Shown piece after piece: positions 38,078 through 48,605 of a stretch of DNA of 64,000 nt; positions within the stretch are counted from its first letter, which is position 1, and each line of letters begins with the position of its first letter. A program made the translations under genes and the position numbers. The notes under the pieces were generated by a model. It was not told the DNA's origin. It was given only the letters and a program-made list of their open reading frames with translations, and searched no databases. The DNA is from Candidatus Heimdallarchaeota archaeon (GTDB lineage: Archaea > Asgardarchaeota > Heimdallarchaeia > Heimdallarchaeales > Heimdallarchaeaceae), in the NCBI GenBank assembly GCA_030603365.1, contig JAUVXV010000001.1, positions 224,001 through 288,000 of the forward strand, given 5' to 3'.

Positions 38078-39886
38078 ATGTCAAAAGTATTAGATGAAAA
38101 ATCAGGTAAAAGACTGAGAAGTCCAATAGTGGTTATCCTTGGACATGTTGATTCAGGAAAGACTAGTTTATTGGATAAAGTGAGAGGCACAGCCGTTCAA
38201 GCAAGAGAGGCTGCAGGGATTACTCAACATGTTGGTGCTTCTTTCTTTCCAACAGAAACCATTTTAGATGTTTGTGATAAGTTAGTTGAAGTTACTAAAA
38301 TTAAATTGAGTATACCTGGTTTGTTAATAGTAGATACACCAGGTCACGCTGTTTTTACAAATCTGCGAAAAAGAGGAGCTTCTGTTGCGGATATAGCTAT
38401 ACTTGTAGTCGACTTGACTCGGGGATTTCAGGCCCAGACGTATGAAAGTATGGATATTTTACGAGCACGTAAAGTTCCCTTTATTGTAGCAGCAAATAAA
38501 ATTGATCGTATATCTGCATGGAAAGGAATACCTAACTCAATATTTATCGAAAGTTATCAGAAACAAAATCCTAAAGCAAGTGCGGATCTCGACAATCGTA
38601 TTTATGAGATTATGGGTGAATTAATCGAATTAGGTTTTGAAGCTGATAGATATGACCGAGTAAAAGACTTTAGCAAAAAAATAGCCATCATACCCACTAG
38701 TGCAAAAACAGGAGAAGGTATACCTGACCTGTTCATGGTTCTAGCAGGTCTTACTCAACAATTTATGATGGAGAAACTCGAATATAGTGAGGGACCTGCG
38801 AGCGGTACTGTTCTTGAAGTTAAAGAAGCTGAGGGTTTAGGGACAACAGCTGATGTTATCATTTACGATGGTATCATTACAAAAAATGATAGAATTGTCA
38901 TTGGAGGTAGAGATGGAGCTGCTCTCCTAAAGGTTAAGGCTTTACTTGTGCCAAAAGATTTAGATGAAATGAGAGATCCACGTGATAAATTCAAAAATGT
39001 GGATGCTGTTTATGCATCAGCTGGTGTAAAACTTAGTTCTCCAGGTCTTGAAATAGCTTTAGCAGGTGCACCTTTAAAAGTTGTACTCCCTGGTCAAGAG
39101 GACCAAATTATGGCCGAGGTTAACTCTGAACTGGAAGGTTTTAGAATTGAGACTAAAGATAATGGAGTTACAGTTAAAGTTGATACTTTGGGCAGTCTTG
39201 AAGCTATAGTTGATATGTTAAGAGAGAGAAATATCCCCATTCATAAAGCAGATGTTGGAGATGTTAACAAACTAGATGCAATCGGTACTGCTATTGTTGC
39301 AGACAAAGCACCCGAATTTGGTGCGATATTGTGCTTTAATGTAGCAATCTCACCAGATGCTCAAGAAGAGATCGAGGTTAGTGACTTAAAAGTCTTTGAA
39401 GATAAAGTTATTTACAATCTCATTGATGATTTTGAAAGATGGATGATAGATCAAAAAGAAGCTATTAAAGTAGATTCTCTTAAAGATCTGAGAATGCCTG
39501 CTAAAATCACTTTACTGCCAAACCATACTTTTCGTTCTAGTAAACCTGCGATTGTAGGTGTAGAGGTTCTTGGAGGAAAAATAATTCCTGGTCAGATGTT
39601 AATAAATGAAAATAATAAACGAGTAGGTAGAATTCGTCAAATTCAAGATAATCAAGAAACAGTTCAAATTGCCGGAAAGGGCAAGCAGGTTGCTATCTCG
39701 ATTAGAGGCCCAACTGTAGGGAGACAAATAAGAGAAGAGGATGTCTTATATGTAGACATTCCAGAAAAACATGCTGTATTATTAATGAAAAAATATCGTG
39801 ATATGATTACCAATGATGATGCCACAATCCTTGAAGAACTAGCCAAAATAAAGCAGGAACATGTTAGTAAATTCTGGGGCTGGTAA
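38078..39886 (+). CDS. infB: Translation initiation factor aIF5B (IF-2)
   Basis: GHVDSGKT, GITQHVGA, DTPGH, NKID, SAKTGEG. Confidence 0.96.
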   Translation: MSKVLDEKSGKRLRSPIVVILGHVDSGKTSLLDKVRGTAVQAREAAGITQHVGASFFPTETILDVCDKLVEVTKIKLSIPGLLIVDTPGHAVFTNLRKRGASVADIAILVVDLTRGFQAQTYESMDILRARKVPFIVAANKIDRISAWKGIPNSIFIESYQKQNPKASADLDNRIYEIMGELIELGFEADRYDRVKDFSKKIAIIPTSAKTGEGIPDLFMVLAGLTQQFMMEKLEYSEGPASGTVLEVKEAEGLGTTADVIIYDGIITKNDRIVIGGRDGAALLKVKALLVPKDLDEMRDPRDKFKNVDAVYASAGVKLSSPGLEIALAGAPLKVVLPGQEDQIMAEVNSELEGFRIETKDNGVTVKVDTLGSLEAIVDMLRERNIPIHKADVGDVNKLDAIGTAIVADKAPEFGAILCFNVAISPDAQEEIEVSDLKVFEDKVIYNLIDDFERWMIDQKEAIKVDSLKDLRMPAKITLLPNHTFRSSKPAIVGVEVLGGKIIPGQMLINENNKRVGRIRQIQDNQETVQIAGKGKQVAISIRGPTVGRQIREEDVLYVDIPEKHAVLLMKKYRDMITNDDATILEELAKIKQEHVSKFWGW

Positions 39887-39992
39887 ATTTTCGAGATAAC
39901 TTTATATATTTATAAAACGAATTTATCTTTAGCTGAGCTTATGTTTTTCAACCTGCTCAGCCAGTTCCTGAGTAACCTGGGAGGGTTACATT

Positions 39993-41357
39993 TCAAACCT
40001 TAGAGTACTCTTTCCACCATTCTTCAATCATTTCAAAACCAGTTTTCATTTGCATATCATATCTTCTGAATGGTTTGACAAGATGTCTTTGAGCTTGTTC
40101 TGGGGGAATGATGAGTTTCTTCTCAAGATTCCTTTCAATAACCTTTTGTGTTTTTATCATGGCTTTATCTTTATAACCACATTTCTTACATTTGTACCCT
40201 TTCTGATATCCATCACTTGTCATCCTTTTCGAACATTGAGGACAGAATGGTGCTTCTTCTATATAGTGTTGTGAAAGAAAAATTAATTCACATTTTTCTA
40301 GATGAATGGAATGTTTCTTGAATTCTTTTTTAAATTTGACTCCGCCATAAGCCATTAGTATATCTTCAGAAAGTAACTGGTTTATTATTTTCTTAAAACT
40401 CTTACTTGGTTCAAAAGCGGCTACATCTACTTCTTTACCACTATCACAGATCTGACCCTTGAAGAAAACATGACCTCCATGAATTGTAATTGGTTTTTCA
40501 ATGACTTCAATCTTACCCTTAAACACACCATAATTTTCAGCAAGTGAATCAGCAAATTTGAAATGTTGATCTGTTCCTTGATTTGTTCGGAATATGCAAT
40601 AACCATCAATTGGTTCTTCTGTTTCAACAAGTGAAAAAGCTTCTAAAACAACACTTGGTGTTTCTCCTCTTAATCCAAATAAAACTGGATCTTTGCCTGC
40701 TGGGTAAATAAGGACTTTATTTGTTTCCGAATCAATGTTGTTGAATACATTTGGAGCTAAGAGTTGGTCCATTTTATATACTGATTTTTCACTTATTTTT
40801 CTTTTAGTTCCAATGAATTCTTCTGTTCTATAAGCGATTAACTCAAATGTAAAGTCTTCCTTTTTTGGCTCTAGTTGGTTTCCTACTGCAGCTAAGCCTC
40901 CAATTAGCCCCCTACCATTTCCTATTGAGTGATAAAACAGACAAAATTTTTCTGCTAATTTTTCTGCTTCTTTTATTGATATATTTTTTACTAAAGCTTG
41001 TATTGCAAATTCTTGAACTTTCTTTGGAATATCTCCTTCGATTAGAACTATACCTGGATTAGTGTTCTCATCCTTTTGATGGTGTTTTTCGATTTGCTTC
41101 AAGATTTCTTGTTTAATAAATTCAATATTCTCTCTTTCTGTTTCAATAGTTATACCTATGGAGCCATTTCCTCTGGTTTTCCAAGGAATATTAGGGTTAT
41201 TTCGAATTAATCTTGGATAATCTAGAAATTTACATCTATTTGAAATGTTTTTTATTATAGCTAGGGCTAAATATGTTGTACAACCTCCATTTAGAGAGTC
41301 TGTATCATCAAAGCCAATATGAATAATTGATTCTTTCTTATGCTCCAATTTGGACAA
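39993..41357 (-). CDS. tiaS: tRNA(Ile2) agmatinylcytidine synthase
   Basis: GFDDTDS..GCTTY, NPNIPWKTRGNG, DPVLFGLRG, TNQGTD, AAFEP, Zn ribbon, RHLVKP. Confidence 0.93.
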   Translation of the reverse strand: MSKLEHKKESIIHIGFDDTDSLNGGCTTYLALAIIKNISNRCKFLDYPRLIRNNPNIPWKTRGNGSIGITIETERENIEFIKQEILKQIEKHHQKDENTNPGIVLIEGDIPKKVQEFAIQALVKNISIKEAEKLAEKFCLFYHSIGNGRGLIGGLAAVGNQLEPKKEDFTFELIAYRTEEFIGTKRKISEKSVYKMDQLLAPNVFNNIDSETNKVLIYPAGKDPVLFGLRGETPSVVLEAFSLVETEEPIDGYCIFRTNQGTDQHFKFADSLAENYGVFKGKIEVIEKPITIHGGHVFFKGQICDSGKEVDVAAFEPSKSFKKIINQLLSEDILMAYGGVKFKKEFKKHSIHLEKCELIFLSQHYIEEAPFCPQCSKRMTSDGYQKGYKCKKCGYKDKAMIKTQKVIERNLEKKLIIPPEQAQRHLVKPFRRYDMQMKTGFEMIEEWWKEYSKV

Positions 41358-41386
41358 ATAAAAATAAAAAGTGTAAATTTAAGGGA

Positions 41387-42118
41387 TTAGATTGAGTACC
41401 AAACTTCTCCTCTGCTGTCTATCTCTGCTTTGATTAATTCTGTCTGTTCAGAAAGGTGCTCTAACCTATCTCCTAAATCTCCTCTCCACAACCTCATTCT
41501 TCTAGCAAATTCTGTCAAAGAAACCTTGTTCTCAGGTGTGTTTATCATTACTTTAAAGATACTTCGAATAATTATTCTGTCATTATAATCAAAAACTGTT
41601 TTTTCTACAATGTCGTTGAATCGGGAAAAAGCTTCATTTATCTCTTGAACAAATTTCTTCCTTTGTTGATTTAGCTTTGTTATCTCTTCAGCCTTTTCTT
41701 TGACAAGTTCACGGATTTCTATTAGTTCTTTTGTTACTTGACTACGCAATTGTTTTTGTTTCTTTACTTGTACTTTCTTTAGCTTGGTTGTAACTTCACC
41801 TGTAGGAACATACTTAACATCAAAAGTATTCTGACCAACATCAATGATTAGTGAAAAAGCTTGATTTAATTTTGCATACTTTCTTGTTGGTCCCTTATCA
41901 CTATCCCGTTCAACCATAGAAACGATTCCTATATTTTCGAGCTCAGACAAATATTTAGCAATAATTCTGGGGGAAATATCTAGGAGACGAGATAGTTGGA
42001 AGGAGTAAAGATCTTCTTCAGCCAATAATTCAAGAATTCGTCTTCTTGTTGAATTTGATAAGAATTCCAACAATTCAAAAACATCCAAATCTTCGTTTTG
42101 GTCACTTCTTCCTAACAT
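41387..42118 (-). CDS. ArsR-type wHTH heat-shock regulator (HSR1/Phr-like) with coiled coil
   Basis: LSNSTRRRILELL..LSRLLDIS..GPTRKY; in operon with hsp20 and cdc48. Confidence 0.8.
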   Translation of the reverse strand: MLGRSDQNEDLDVFELLEFLSNSTRRRILELLAEEDLYSFQLSRLLDISPRIIAKYLSELENIGIVSMVERDSDKGPTRKYAKLNQAFSLIIDVGQNTFDVKYVPTGEVTTKLKKVQVKKQKQLRSQVTKELIEIRELVKEKAEEITKLNQQRKKFVQEINEAFSRFNDIVEKTVFDYNDRIIIRSIFKVMINTPENKVSLTEFARRMRLWRGDLGDRLEHLSEQTELIKAEIDSRGEVWYSI

Positions 42119-42150
42119 TTCTTACACCTTCTAGATTAAGGAATGGAGGA

Positions 42151-44382
42151 TTATATGAACCCCATATCCTTCTTAATGGATTCTTTGCGTATATCTTTCC
42201 CAACAGCTCTAACCCTTTCCTCGGAAGGCTTGGTTTGTTCTAAAGCTTCAGTTAGAATTGCTTGCGTGATTTTGCATTCACATTTTTCAGCATCAAATTC
42301 CTTACCTTTCTCTAGTTCTTCACCATTTTCCATTACATAATTTCGAATTGCTATCAACTTGCTTTCACTACAGACTGATCCTATATCTGCACCAGAGAAT
42401 CCTTCTGTTTCGCGTGCAAAATGTTCTATGTCTACGTCATCAGCTAATGGTGCTCCCTTCAGATGAATTTCAAAGATTTGTTTTCTACCTTCAAAGGTAG
42501 GAGACATAACTCTGACTAACCTATCAAATCTACCAGGTCTTAGGAGTGCTGGATCGATCATGTCGGGTCTGTTTGAAGCAGCAATTACTACAACATTACG
42601 CAATTCTTCTAAACCATCAAGTTCTGTAAGAAGTTGGCTAATAACTCTCTCTGTTACTCCTGAATCTGTACTTCTACCTCTTACTGGAGTAATTGAGTCA
42701 AGCTCATCTAAGAATATTATACAAGGAGCTGCTTGCCTAGCTTTTCGAAATATCTCTCTTATAGCTTTTTCGCTTTCTCCAACCCATTTAGATAGAACTT
42801 CTGGACCCTTAACAGAAATGAAATTTGATTCTGATTCATGTGCTACCGCTTTAGCTATTAGAGTCTTTCCAGTCCCTGGTGGTCCATATAGTAGGATTCC
42901 TTTAGGTGCTTGAGCACTCATGGCTTTATACAGCTCTTTGTATTTTAGTGGCCATTCTATCACTCTACGCATTTCTCTCTTTACTTCTTCAAGACCACCA
43001 ATGTCCTCCCAGGAAACATCTGGGATTTCTACATATAATTCCCTTAAAGCTGAAGGTTCTACTGTGCGTAATGCATTTAAGAAATCTTCATTTAGCACAT
43101 TAATTTTCTGTAACACTTCTAATGGAATTTCTTCTTCCTCTAGATCTATCTCTGGTAAAACTCTTCTCAATGATTGCATTGCAGCTTCCTTCACAAGAGC
43201 AGAACCGTCAGCACCAACAAAACCATGTGTTATATCTGCTAATCGATTAAGATCTACATCTTTGTCTAGGGGCATACCTCGAGTGTGTATTAGTAATATT
43301 TCATATCGACCTTCTCTATCTGGGATACCAATCTCTATTTCTCTGTCAAACCTTCCTGGTCTTCTTAGAGCAGGGTCAATTGCATTTACTCTATTGGTTG
43401 CTCCTATAACAATTACTTGTCCTCTAGATTCAAGACCATCCATTAAGGCTAGTAGTTGAGCTACAATTCTGCGTTCAACTTCACCAGATACTTCTTCTCT
43501 TTTTGGAGCTATAGCATCTAGCTCGTCTATGAATAATATGCTTGGTGCGTTGTCGGCAGCTTCTTTGAAAAGATCACGTAATTTTTGCTCAGACTCACCA
43601 TAAAATTTTGACATGATTTCGGGACCAGACAGCACATAGAAACTAGCTTCAGTTTCATTAGCAACTGCTCTTGCAAGTAGAGTTTTACCTGTTCCTGGCG
43701 GACCATGTAGAAGTACACCATTTGGTGGGTCAATTCCTAGTCTTTCGAATAATTCTGGATGTCTTAATGGGAGCTCTATCATCTCTCGGACTCTAGAAAT
43801 TTCTTCAGTTAATCCACCTATATCTTCATAAGACACACGTTTTACATTTGCAGCTTTAACATCATCCCATGGTTTATCACTGATTTGAATATTTGTTTCA
43901 GCTGTCATAATTACTGCATCAGCAGCTGGTGTGACTGATGCTACACCTAGAAATATTTTCTTTGACATACCTAGTCCTATAGGAATAATGTCTCCTGTTG
44001 TTAGTACTCTATCCTCAAGTGTTTGTTTTAACCATGCATCAAAACCTTGTATCTGAACTCTTTCTGTTGGTGCAAAGACTATTTTTCTAGCCTTTGAAGC
44101 TGATGATTTTTCAATATCTACACTATCATCAATCCCAACTTCAGCATTCATCCTTATCATACGATCTAATCTAATGATGTTCTTACCAAAATCCTCGGGG
44201 ATACCTCTCCAAGCTCTTGCATAAGTTTTCTTATTGCCTTCTATACTCACGATGTCTCCTGTTCCGATTCCAAGGTCATCTGCTATGTCTTGTGAAATCC
44301 TAACAATACCTCGTCCGACATCTCTCTGTAATGTTTCTTTTACTCTCAAATGCTTTCTTTTATCTTCTGCAGTTGCTGACAT
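42151..44382 (-). CDS. cdc48: CDC48/VAT AAA+ ATPase
   Basis: N-domain plus two AAA modules ([12 protein letters not shown], IDPALxRPGRFD). Confidence 0.96.
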   Translation of the reverse strand: MSATAEDKRKHLRVKETLQRDVGRGIVRISQDIADDLGIGTGDIVSIEGNKKTYARAWRGIPEDFGKNIIRLDRMIRMNAEVGIDDSVDIEKSSASKARKIVFAPTERVQIQGFDAWLKQTLEDRVLTTGDIIPIGLGMSKKIFLGVASVTPAADAVIMTAETNIQISDKPWDDVKAANVKRVSYEDIGGLTEEISRVREMIELPLRHPELFERLGIDPPNGVLLHGPPGTGKTLLARAVANETEASFYVLSGPEIMSKFYGESEQKLRDLFKEAADNAPSILFIDELDAIAPKREEVSGEVERRIVAQLLALMDGLESRGQVIVIGATNRVNAIDPALRRPGRFDREIEIGIPDREGRYEILLIHTRGMPLDKDVDLNRLADITHGFVGADGSALVKEAAMQSLRRVLPEIDLEEEEIPLEVLQKINVLNEDFLNALRTVEPSALRELYVEIPDVSWEDIGGLEEVKREMRRVIEWPLKYKELYKAMSAQAPKGILLYGPPGTGKTLIAKAVAHESESNFISVKGPEVLSKWVGESEKAIREIFRKARQAAPCIIFLDELDSITPVRGRSTDSGVTERVISQLLTELDGLEELRNVVVIAASNRPDMIDPALLRPGRFDRLVRVMSPTFEGRKQIFEIHLKGAPLADDVDIEHFARETEGFSGADIGSVCSESKLIAIRNYVMENGEELEKGKEFDAEKCECKITQAILTEALEQTKPSEERVRAVGKDIRKESIKKDMGFI

Positions 44383-44408
44383 TTATATCACCTAGTAAAT
44401 AAAAAAAA

Positions 44409-45077
44409 TTAGTTGATGGGTATATCGGACCCATCTCCATTTTCAGTTTCAAGAAGTTTCAACTTTACTTCCAAAATACCGTGTTTCATTGAAGCAGATA
44501 TGTTTTCCTCTGTATCAACTGTGTGTGGTATTGGTATTTTAGTATCAATTTGTTTTTTGTTATTATCTGCTAACAAATGCAACTTCTGTTTTCTTAATTT
44601 AAGATTTACATCTTCTTTGCTAAAACCAGGTAGTTCTACTATTAGGTATAACTCGTTATTTTCTTTGTCAACTTGAAGATCATATTCTATTTGATAATCT
44701 TGCAGCTCTTCTGGTTTATCTTTAACTACATTTTCTCCATCCATAAGACTAGGACGAGAACTTTCTCCTAACAACTGATTGAGACCTGGAAATATGTCAG
44801 CGAATCTTTTAAGAGAACGACTGAAACTATCTTCATTCCAATCAAATGTTCTTCTTAGGTTGTTGATTCTATCAAGAAATGCCTTTCCATACTCTTCAGG
44901 AATTTCACCAATCTCTTTGTATTCTTCCTTCCCTTCCATATCTCGGTTGTAATCATATCCGTATTCTTTTTCTACTCCATTAATATTGGAATAGAACCTT
45001 ACAATTCTGTATTCCTCATTGAATCCTTCAGGAAATTCTTTCCTATCTTTGTTGTCCTTTTTACTCATTTTACTCAC
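44409..45077 (-). CDS. Small heat shock protein Hsp20
   Basis: ELPGFSKEDV..ASMKHGILEVKL..IPIN. Confidence 0.88.
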   Translation of the reverse strand: MSKMSKKDNKDRKEFPEGFNEEYRIVRFYSNINGVEKEYGYDYNRDMEGKEEYKEIGEIPEEYGKAFLDRINNLRRTFDWNEDSFSRSLKRFADIFPGLNQLLGESSRPSLMDGENVVKDKPEELQDYQIEYDLQVDKENNELYLIVELPGFSKEDVNLKLRKQKLHLLADNNKKQIDTKIPIPHTVDTEENISASMKHGILEVKLKLLETENGDGSDIPIN

Positions 45078-45108
45078 TTCTCTCGCAGTATTATACTTTC
45101 GGTATTGG

Positions 45109-45211
45109 ACTATTAGTTCAATACTAATTGTCTCAAACTGATATATAAATGTTTCCTTTTACCATTTTTCATCATATATTCAGAAAAGATAAATAATTAG
45201 CAACTGATAGT
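45109..45211. promoter_or_regulatory. Candidate heat-shock operator sites in the divergent promoter
   Basis: AACTRATA half-sites at 45111-45118 (reverse), 45136-45143 and 45202-45209; ATTAG-N7-CTAAT palindrome; TATA-like gatatataaa. Confidence 0.4.
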
Positions 45212-45230
45212 TCATAATGGGTTAAGTGAC

Positions 45231-45401
45231 ATGACTGAACAAAAATCAAGAAGAAAAGCTGACCGATTTTATGATGAAAGGAGTGAAGAAAGCGATATTC
45301 AGGCAATCACGCAAAAACCTTCTAAAACAATATATGGAAGAGCAGCTAAAAAATCTTGGAAATGGGTAGACTATCTGAGATTACGCTTAAAGAGTTTCTA
45401 A
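45231..45401 (+). CDS. Small hypothetical protein (56 aa), not in the ORF track
   Basis: MTEQKSRRKADRFYDERSEESDIQAITQKPSKTIYGRAAKKSWKWVDYLRLRLKSF; fills the gap before tag. Confidence 0.55.
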   Translation: MTEQKSRRKADRFYDERSEESDIQAITQKPSKTIYGRAAKKSWKWVDYLRLRLKSF

Positions 45402-45433
45402 TTCAGAAAATACTGTATTTTGGAGATGATTAA

Positions 45434-46006
45434 ATGAATAAAGCACGATGCTGGGGAGATAAGAATGAACTTTCTAGAAACTATCATGATAATGAGTGGG
45501 GAGTACCCGTTCATGATGATAGGGTTTTATTTGAATTCTTGATACTTGAGGGAGCTCAAGCAGGTCTAAATTGGGTGACTATTCTAAAAAGAAGAGAAGG
45601 TTATAGACGCTGTTTTGATAATTTTGATTATAAGAAAATAGCCGAATATGACCAAAAGAAAATTGACCTATTATTACAAGACGCGGGTATTATCAGAAAT
45701 AAACTAAAAGTTGAATCCACTATACTTAATGCTAAAATCTTTCTTGATATCCAAAAGGAATTTGGTTCGTTTGATAAATATATCTGGAATTTCATTAACA
45801 ATAAACCCATTATGAACAAATCTGAGACTTGGAAAGACGTACCAGCAAAAACAGAAACTTCTGATAAAATCTCAAAAGATCTTAAGAAAAGAGGAATGAA
45901 ATTTGTAGGGAGCACAATTATTTATGCATTTATGCAAGCTATTGGGATGGTAAATGATCACCATGTTTCCTGTTTCAGATATCAGGAAATCATAGATGAA
46001 CACTAA
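45434..46006 (+). CDS. tag: DNA-3-methyladenine glycosylase I
   Basis: RCW..YHDNEWGVP, LEGAQAGLNW, IIRNKLK, MQAIGMVNDH..C. Confidence 0.95.
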   Translation: MNKARCWGDKNELSRNYHDNEWGVPVHDDRVLFEFLILEGAQAGLNWVTILKRREGYRRCFDNFDYKKIAEYDQKKIDLLLQDAGIIRNKLKVESTILNAKIFLDIQKEFGSFDKYIWNFINNKPIMNKSETWKDVPAKTETSDKISKDLKKRGMKFVGSTIIYAFMQAIGMVNDHHVSCFRYQEIIDEH

Positions 46007-47736
46007 TTAATTGGCAGTAGAATTGAAAGAGTCCAAGCAAACAGAAGTGCGTTGAATAAAGCTCCTGATTCTATTGATCTAGTTTTTTCGTAGAACCATA
46101 TTGTTGCTATCGAGTAAATAAGGAATAGGGGTAATAACATTATTACAAATTGCATACTGAATCCTAGAAAACCTGTAAATATCTGATATCCTGATATCAA
46201 CATCGGAACATATTGTATCAATAGAATGAGGACAAGTGGTAATAGCTTCAAACCTGTAACTTTGGATGCTACCCAAATCTTTGTTTTTCTCTTATTATCT
46301 TTCAGTTTCTTCTCGTAGATTCCTGTAGAGATGAAACCATCCATAATGAAATAGATAAACATGAACGGAACTAGTACCAGAAACATTAAAGCCCTTAAAC
46401 CTGTAAACTCGCTGAAAAGAGGAACCATAAGTTTCATGCTTAATCCTGGTACCTGTTCGATAATAAGGTCTAAGATGAAGATAATTAGAAAGCAATCAGC
46501 TGCTAGAATTAGCCCTCTCCAATTAGATAACTTAGTCACAAGATTTGCTAGAATTTTCTTAGATCCAAGCTCTTTATGTCTTCTTTTTAAAATAACGAAG
46601 ATCATTAAAGAACCAACAATAGTTAGCGAAAGTACCCAGAATATTGTTGTAAATCCTAAAGAAAGAGGTATTATGATTGCTCCCATTCCAAACAACAAAA
46701 TTGGTGGAACAAAGAGAATTAGATGTAAGAAACTCCAAGTTGTTCCTATGCTCCAAAAACCAAACTTTGTATCAAAAATGAAACTATCATCGTTTTCATT
46801 TTCTTCTTTGTTCTTTCTCTTGAAAAATTCAAAGTCCATACCTACATTTGAGATTGGGATAAACAATCCTGCAAAGATAAAGAATCCGATGAAGAGAAAT
46901 ATATCTCGATAAGGAAATATTATTTTCTTGTTTTCATCAAAGATACCAAAAGAACTAGCCATCCAAGACACAGATTCATCTATATAATCACCACTTATTG
47001 GTTCAAAGAGATGTGTAGTTTTTGGTGTTATCAGTTTTCTCGCTGTTCCATTAGCAAAACTCCCATAAAGAATATCAGTTTCTATTGGTTCTGTTGTTCC
47101 AAAAACAGGTTGTAGAATTTCATTGACATCCTGCAGATCAAATAACTCATCGTATGAACCAATAACCACTAGAAGATTACTTGGGGATGTTTTGTTTAAT
47201 TCACCATAAATTAGTGGACTACTATTTAATGAAATCCCTCCTAAGAATATGTGAGCTCTTATCCCATCTTCGATAAAAGATGTAGCTCTTATTGCACCTA
47301 CTCCCATACTGTGGCCCACAACACCTAGATTACTGGAATTTACGTAGTCCAACGATTTCAAGTATCTAACTGCGGATGCACTTCCAAGCGAGGGATCTTC
47401 AGTATCAAGAGTGCTTACTGTACTGCCGTGTCTTAGTGCATCTATTGATAGAGCAACAATACCATTTCTAGCTAGTTCTAATGCTAACCCAGTCATAGGT
47501 TCCTTAGCATTCATAGCTCCGTGAACTAAAACAACGGCTGGTAGATTTGTAAGAGATTCTGCATTTTTAGGTTCATATAGATATCCTGCTATAGAGAGAT
47601 CCTCTTCTTGAATCTTGATTGAACTGACTTTCACTTTTCCGAAATCAGTATTGAATAATTGTGCAAAAACAAGTACTGAGCTCAATAAGGCTAGACAGAT
47701 AAGGAGTATCAGCAAAGATCTATATATCTTCTTCAT
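46003..47736 (-). CDS. Alpha/beta hydrolase fused to a multi-TM C-terminal domain
   Basis: VHG, GHSMG nucleophile elbow, D and H; about 8 TM helices. Confidence 0.85.
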   Translation of the reverse strand: MKKIYRSLLILLICLALLSSVLVFAQLFNTDFGKVKVSSIKIQEEDLSIAGYLYEPKNAESLTNLPAVVLVHGAMNAKEPMTGLALELARNGIVALSIDALRHGSTVSTLDTEDPSLGSASAVRYLKSLDYVNSSNLGVVGHSMGVGAIRATSFIEDGIRAHIFLGGISLNSSPLIYGELNKTSPSNLLVVIGSYDELFDLQDVNEILQPVFGTTEPIETDILYGSFANGTARKLITPKTTHLFEPISGDYIDESVSWMASSFGIFDENKKIIFPYRDIFLFIGFFIFAGLFIPISNVGMDFEFFKRKNKEENENDDSFIFDTKFGFWSIGTTWSFLHLILFVPPILLFGMGAIIIPLSLGFTTIFWVLSLTIVGSLMIFVILKRRHKELGSKKILANLVTKLSNWRGLILAADCFLIIFILDLIIEQVPGLSMKLMVPLFSEFTGLRALMFLVLVPFMFIYFIMDGFISTGIYEKKLKDNKRKTKIWVASKVTGLKLLPLVLILLIQYVPMLISGYQIFTGFLGFSMQFVIMLLPLFLIYSIATIWFYEKTRSIESGALFNALLFAWTLSILLPIN

Positions 47737-47869
47737 AGAAACAGAATTAGAACTAGGTAGATAAAAAACTTACCCAAGAAAGATTAAGAAAAATATGCCC
47801 ATCAATAAATTTTCATCCAATAAAAGTATTTGAACTACCTTTAAAATCAGCTAATCTCTACTTTATAAT

Positions 47870-48535
47870 CTAATCTAAGGGCTTCTTAAGTTCTGTATAA
47901 ATTGCATTCATTCGGTCATAGAAACCTTTTGTGTGATATGTATTATTGATTTTTAGTTTATACTTATCGTAATGATGACCCCATTCATGAATCAATGTTC
48001 TAAGAAAAGTTTTTGGTGCTACATACTTCTGAGTTTTAGCTGTTCTGCTATATACAGAAATTGAATGACGTTTCTCTTTGTCAATTCGTGATTTATACAC
48101 ACCATAATACTGTCCTCCTCTCCTAGTCATTCTTCTTTTACCTCCTGTGTAAATACGCAGGTGCGGTAATTTGTAAACGCGATTAAGTTTAGCAATAGTT
48201 TCGTTAGAGTACTCTTTGATTGCTTCCTCATCGCCATTGGTGAGTGCTTCTGCGAGAAGTTCTACAGCTACATGCAAGACTTTAGCATTTTTTTCAGAAA
48301 TGAGATCAATAGCACTATATTGAGATGTCTTATAATCCTCAGTTTGTGTTGAAGACCACTCTCTAGTTTTCTGTTTTGGTTTAGGAGGTTTCATTTTTGG
48401 GGTTAATAACGCATAAGGTACTCTGAATGTGAGTGTATCTGTTTCCACAGTTACAGTTTTCTTGTTCATTCTTTTAATCGTACCTTGCAGTATTTCCCCC
48501 TTATACGGAAAACTGACTCTTTTTACATCATTCAT
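47870..48535 (-). CDS. SprT/Wss1/YgjP-like zinc metalloprotease with N-terminal SH3/KOW-like domain
   Basis: TLIHEWGHH..HTKGFY; N-term GTIKRMNKKTVTV..FRVPYALL. Confidence 0.7.
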   Translation of the reverse strand: MNDVKRVSFPYKGEILQGTIKRMNKKTVTVETDTLTFRVPYALLTPKMKPPKPKQKTREWSSTQTEDYKTSQYSAIDLISEKNAKVLHVAVELLAEALTNGDEEAIKEYSNETIAKLNRVYKLPHLRIYTGGKRRMTRRGGQYYGVYKSRIDKEKRHSISVYSRTAKTQKYVAPKTFLRTLIHEWGHHYDKYKLKINNTYHTKGFYDRMNAIYTELKKPLD

Positions 48536-48605
48536 ACACTAATCTCACAATATTTACTGTTTGTTCAACTATTAATGTCTGTAATTCTCAAATATTATAA
48601 GGGCT

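Noticed and set aside
39930-39995. SECIS/selenocysteine read-through after the tiaS TGA
   Set aside because: TiaS appears complete at the TGA, read-through adds only a short unremarkable peptide, and there is no convincing SECIS core
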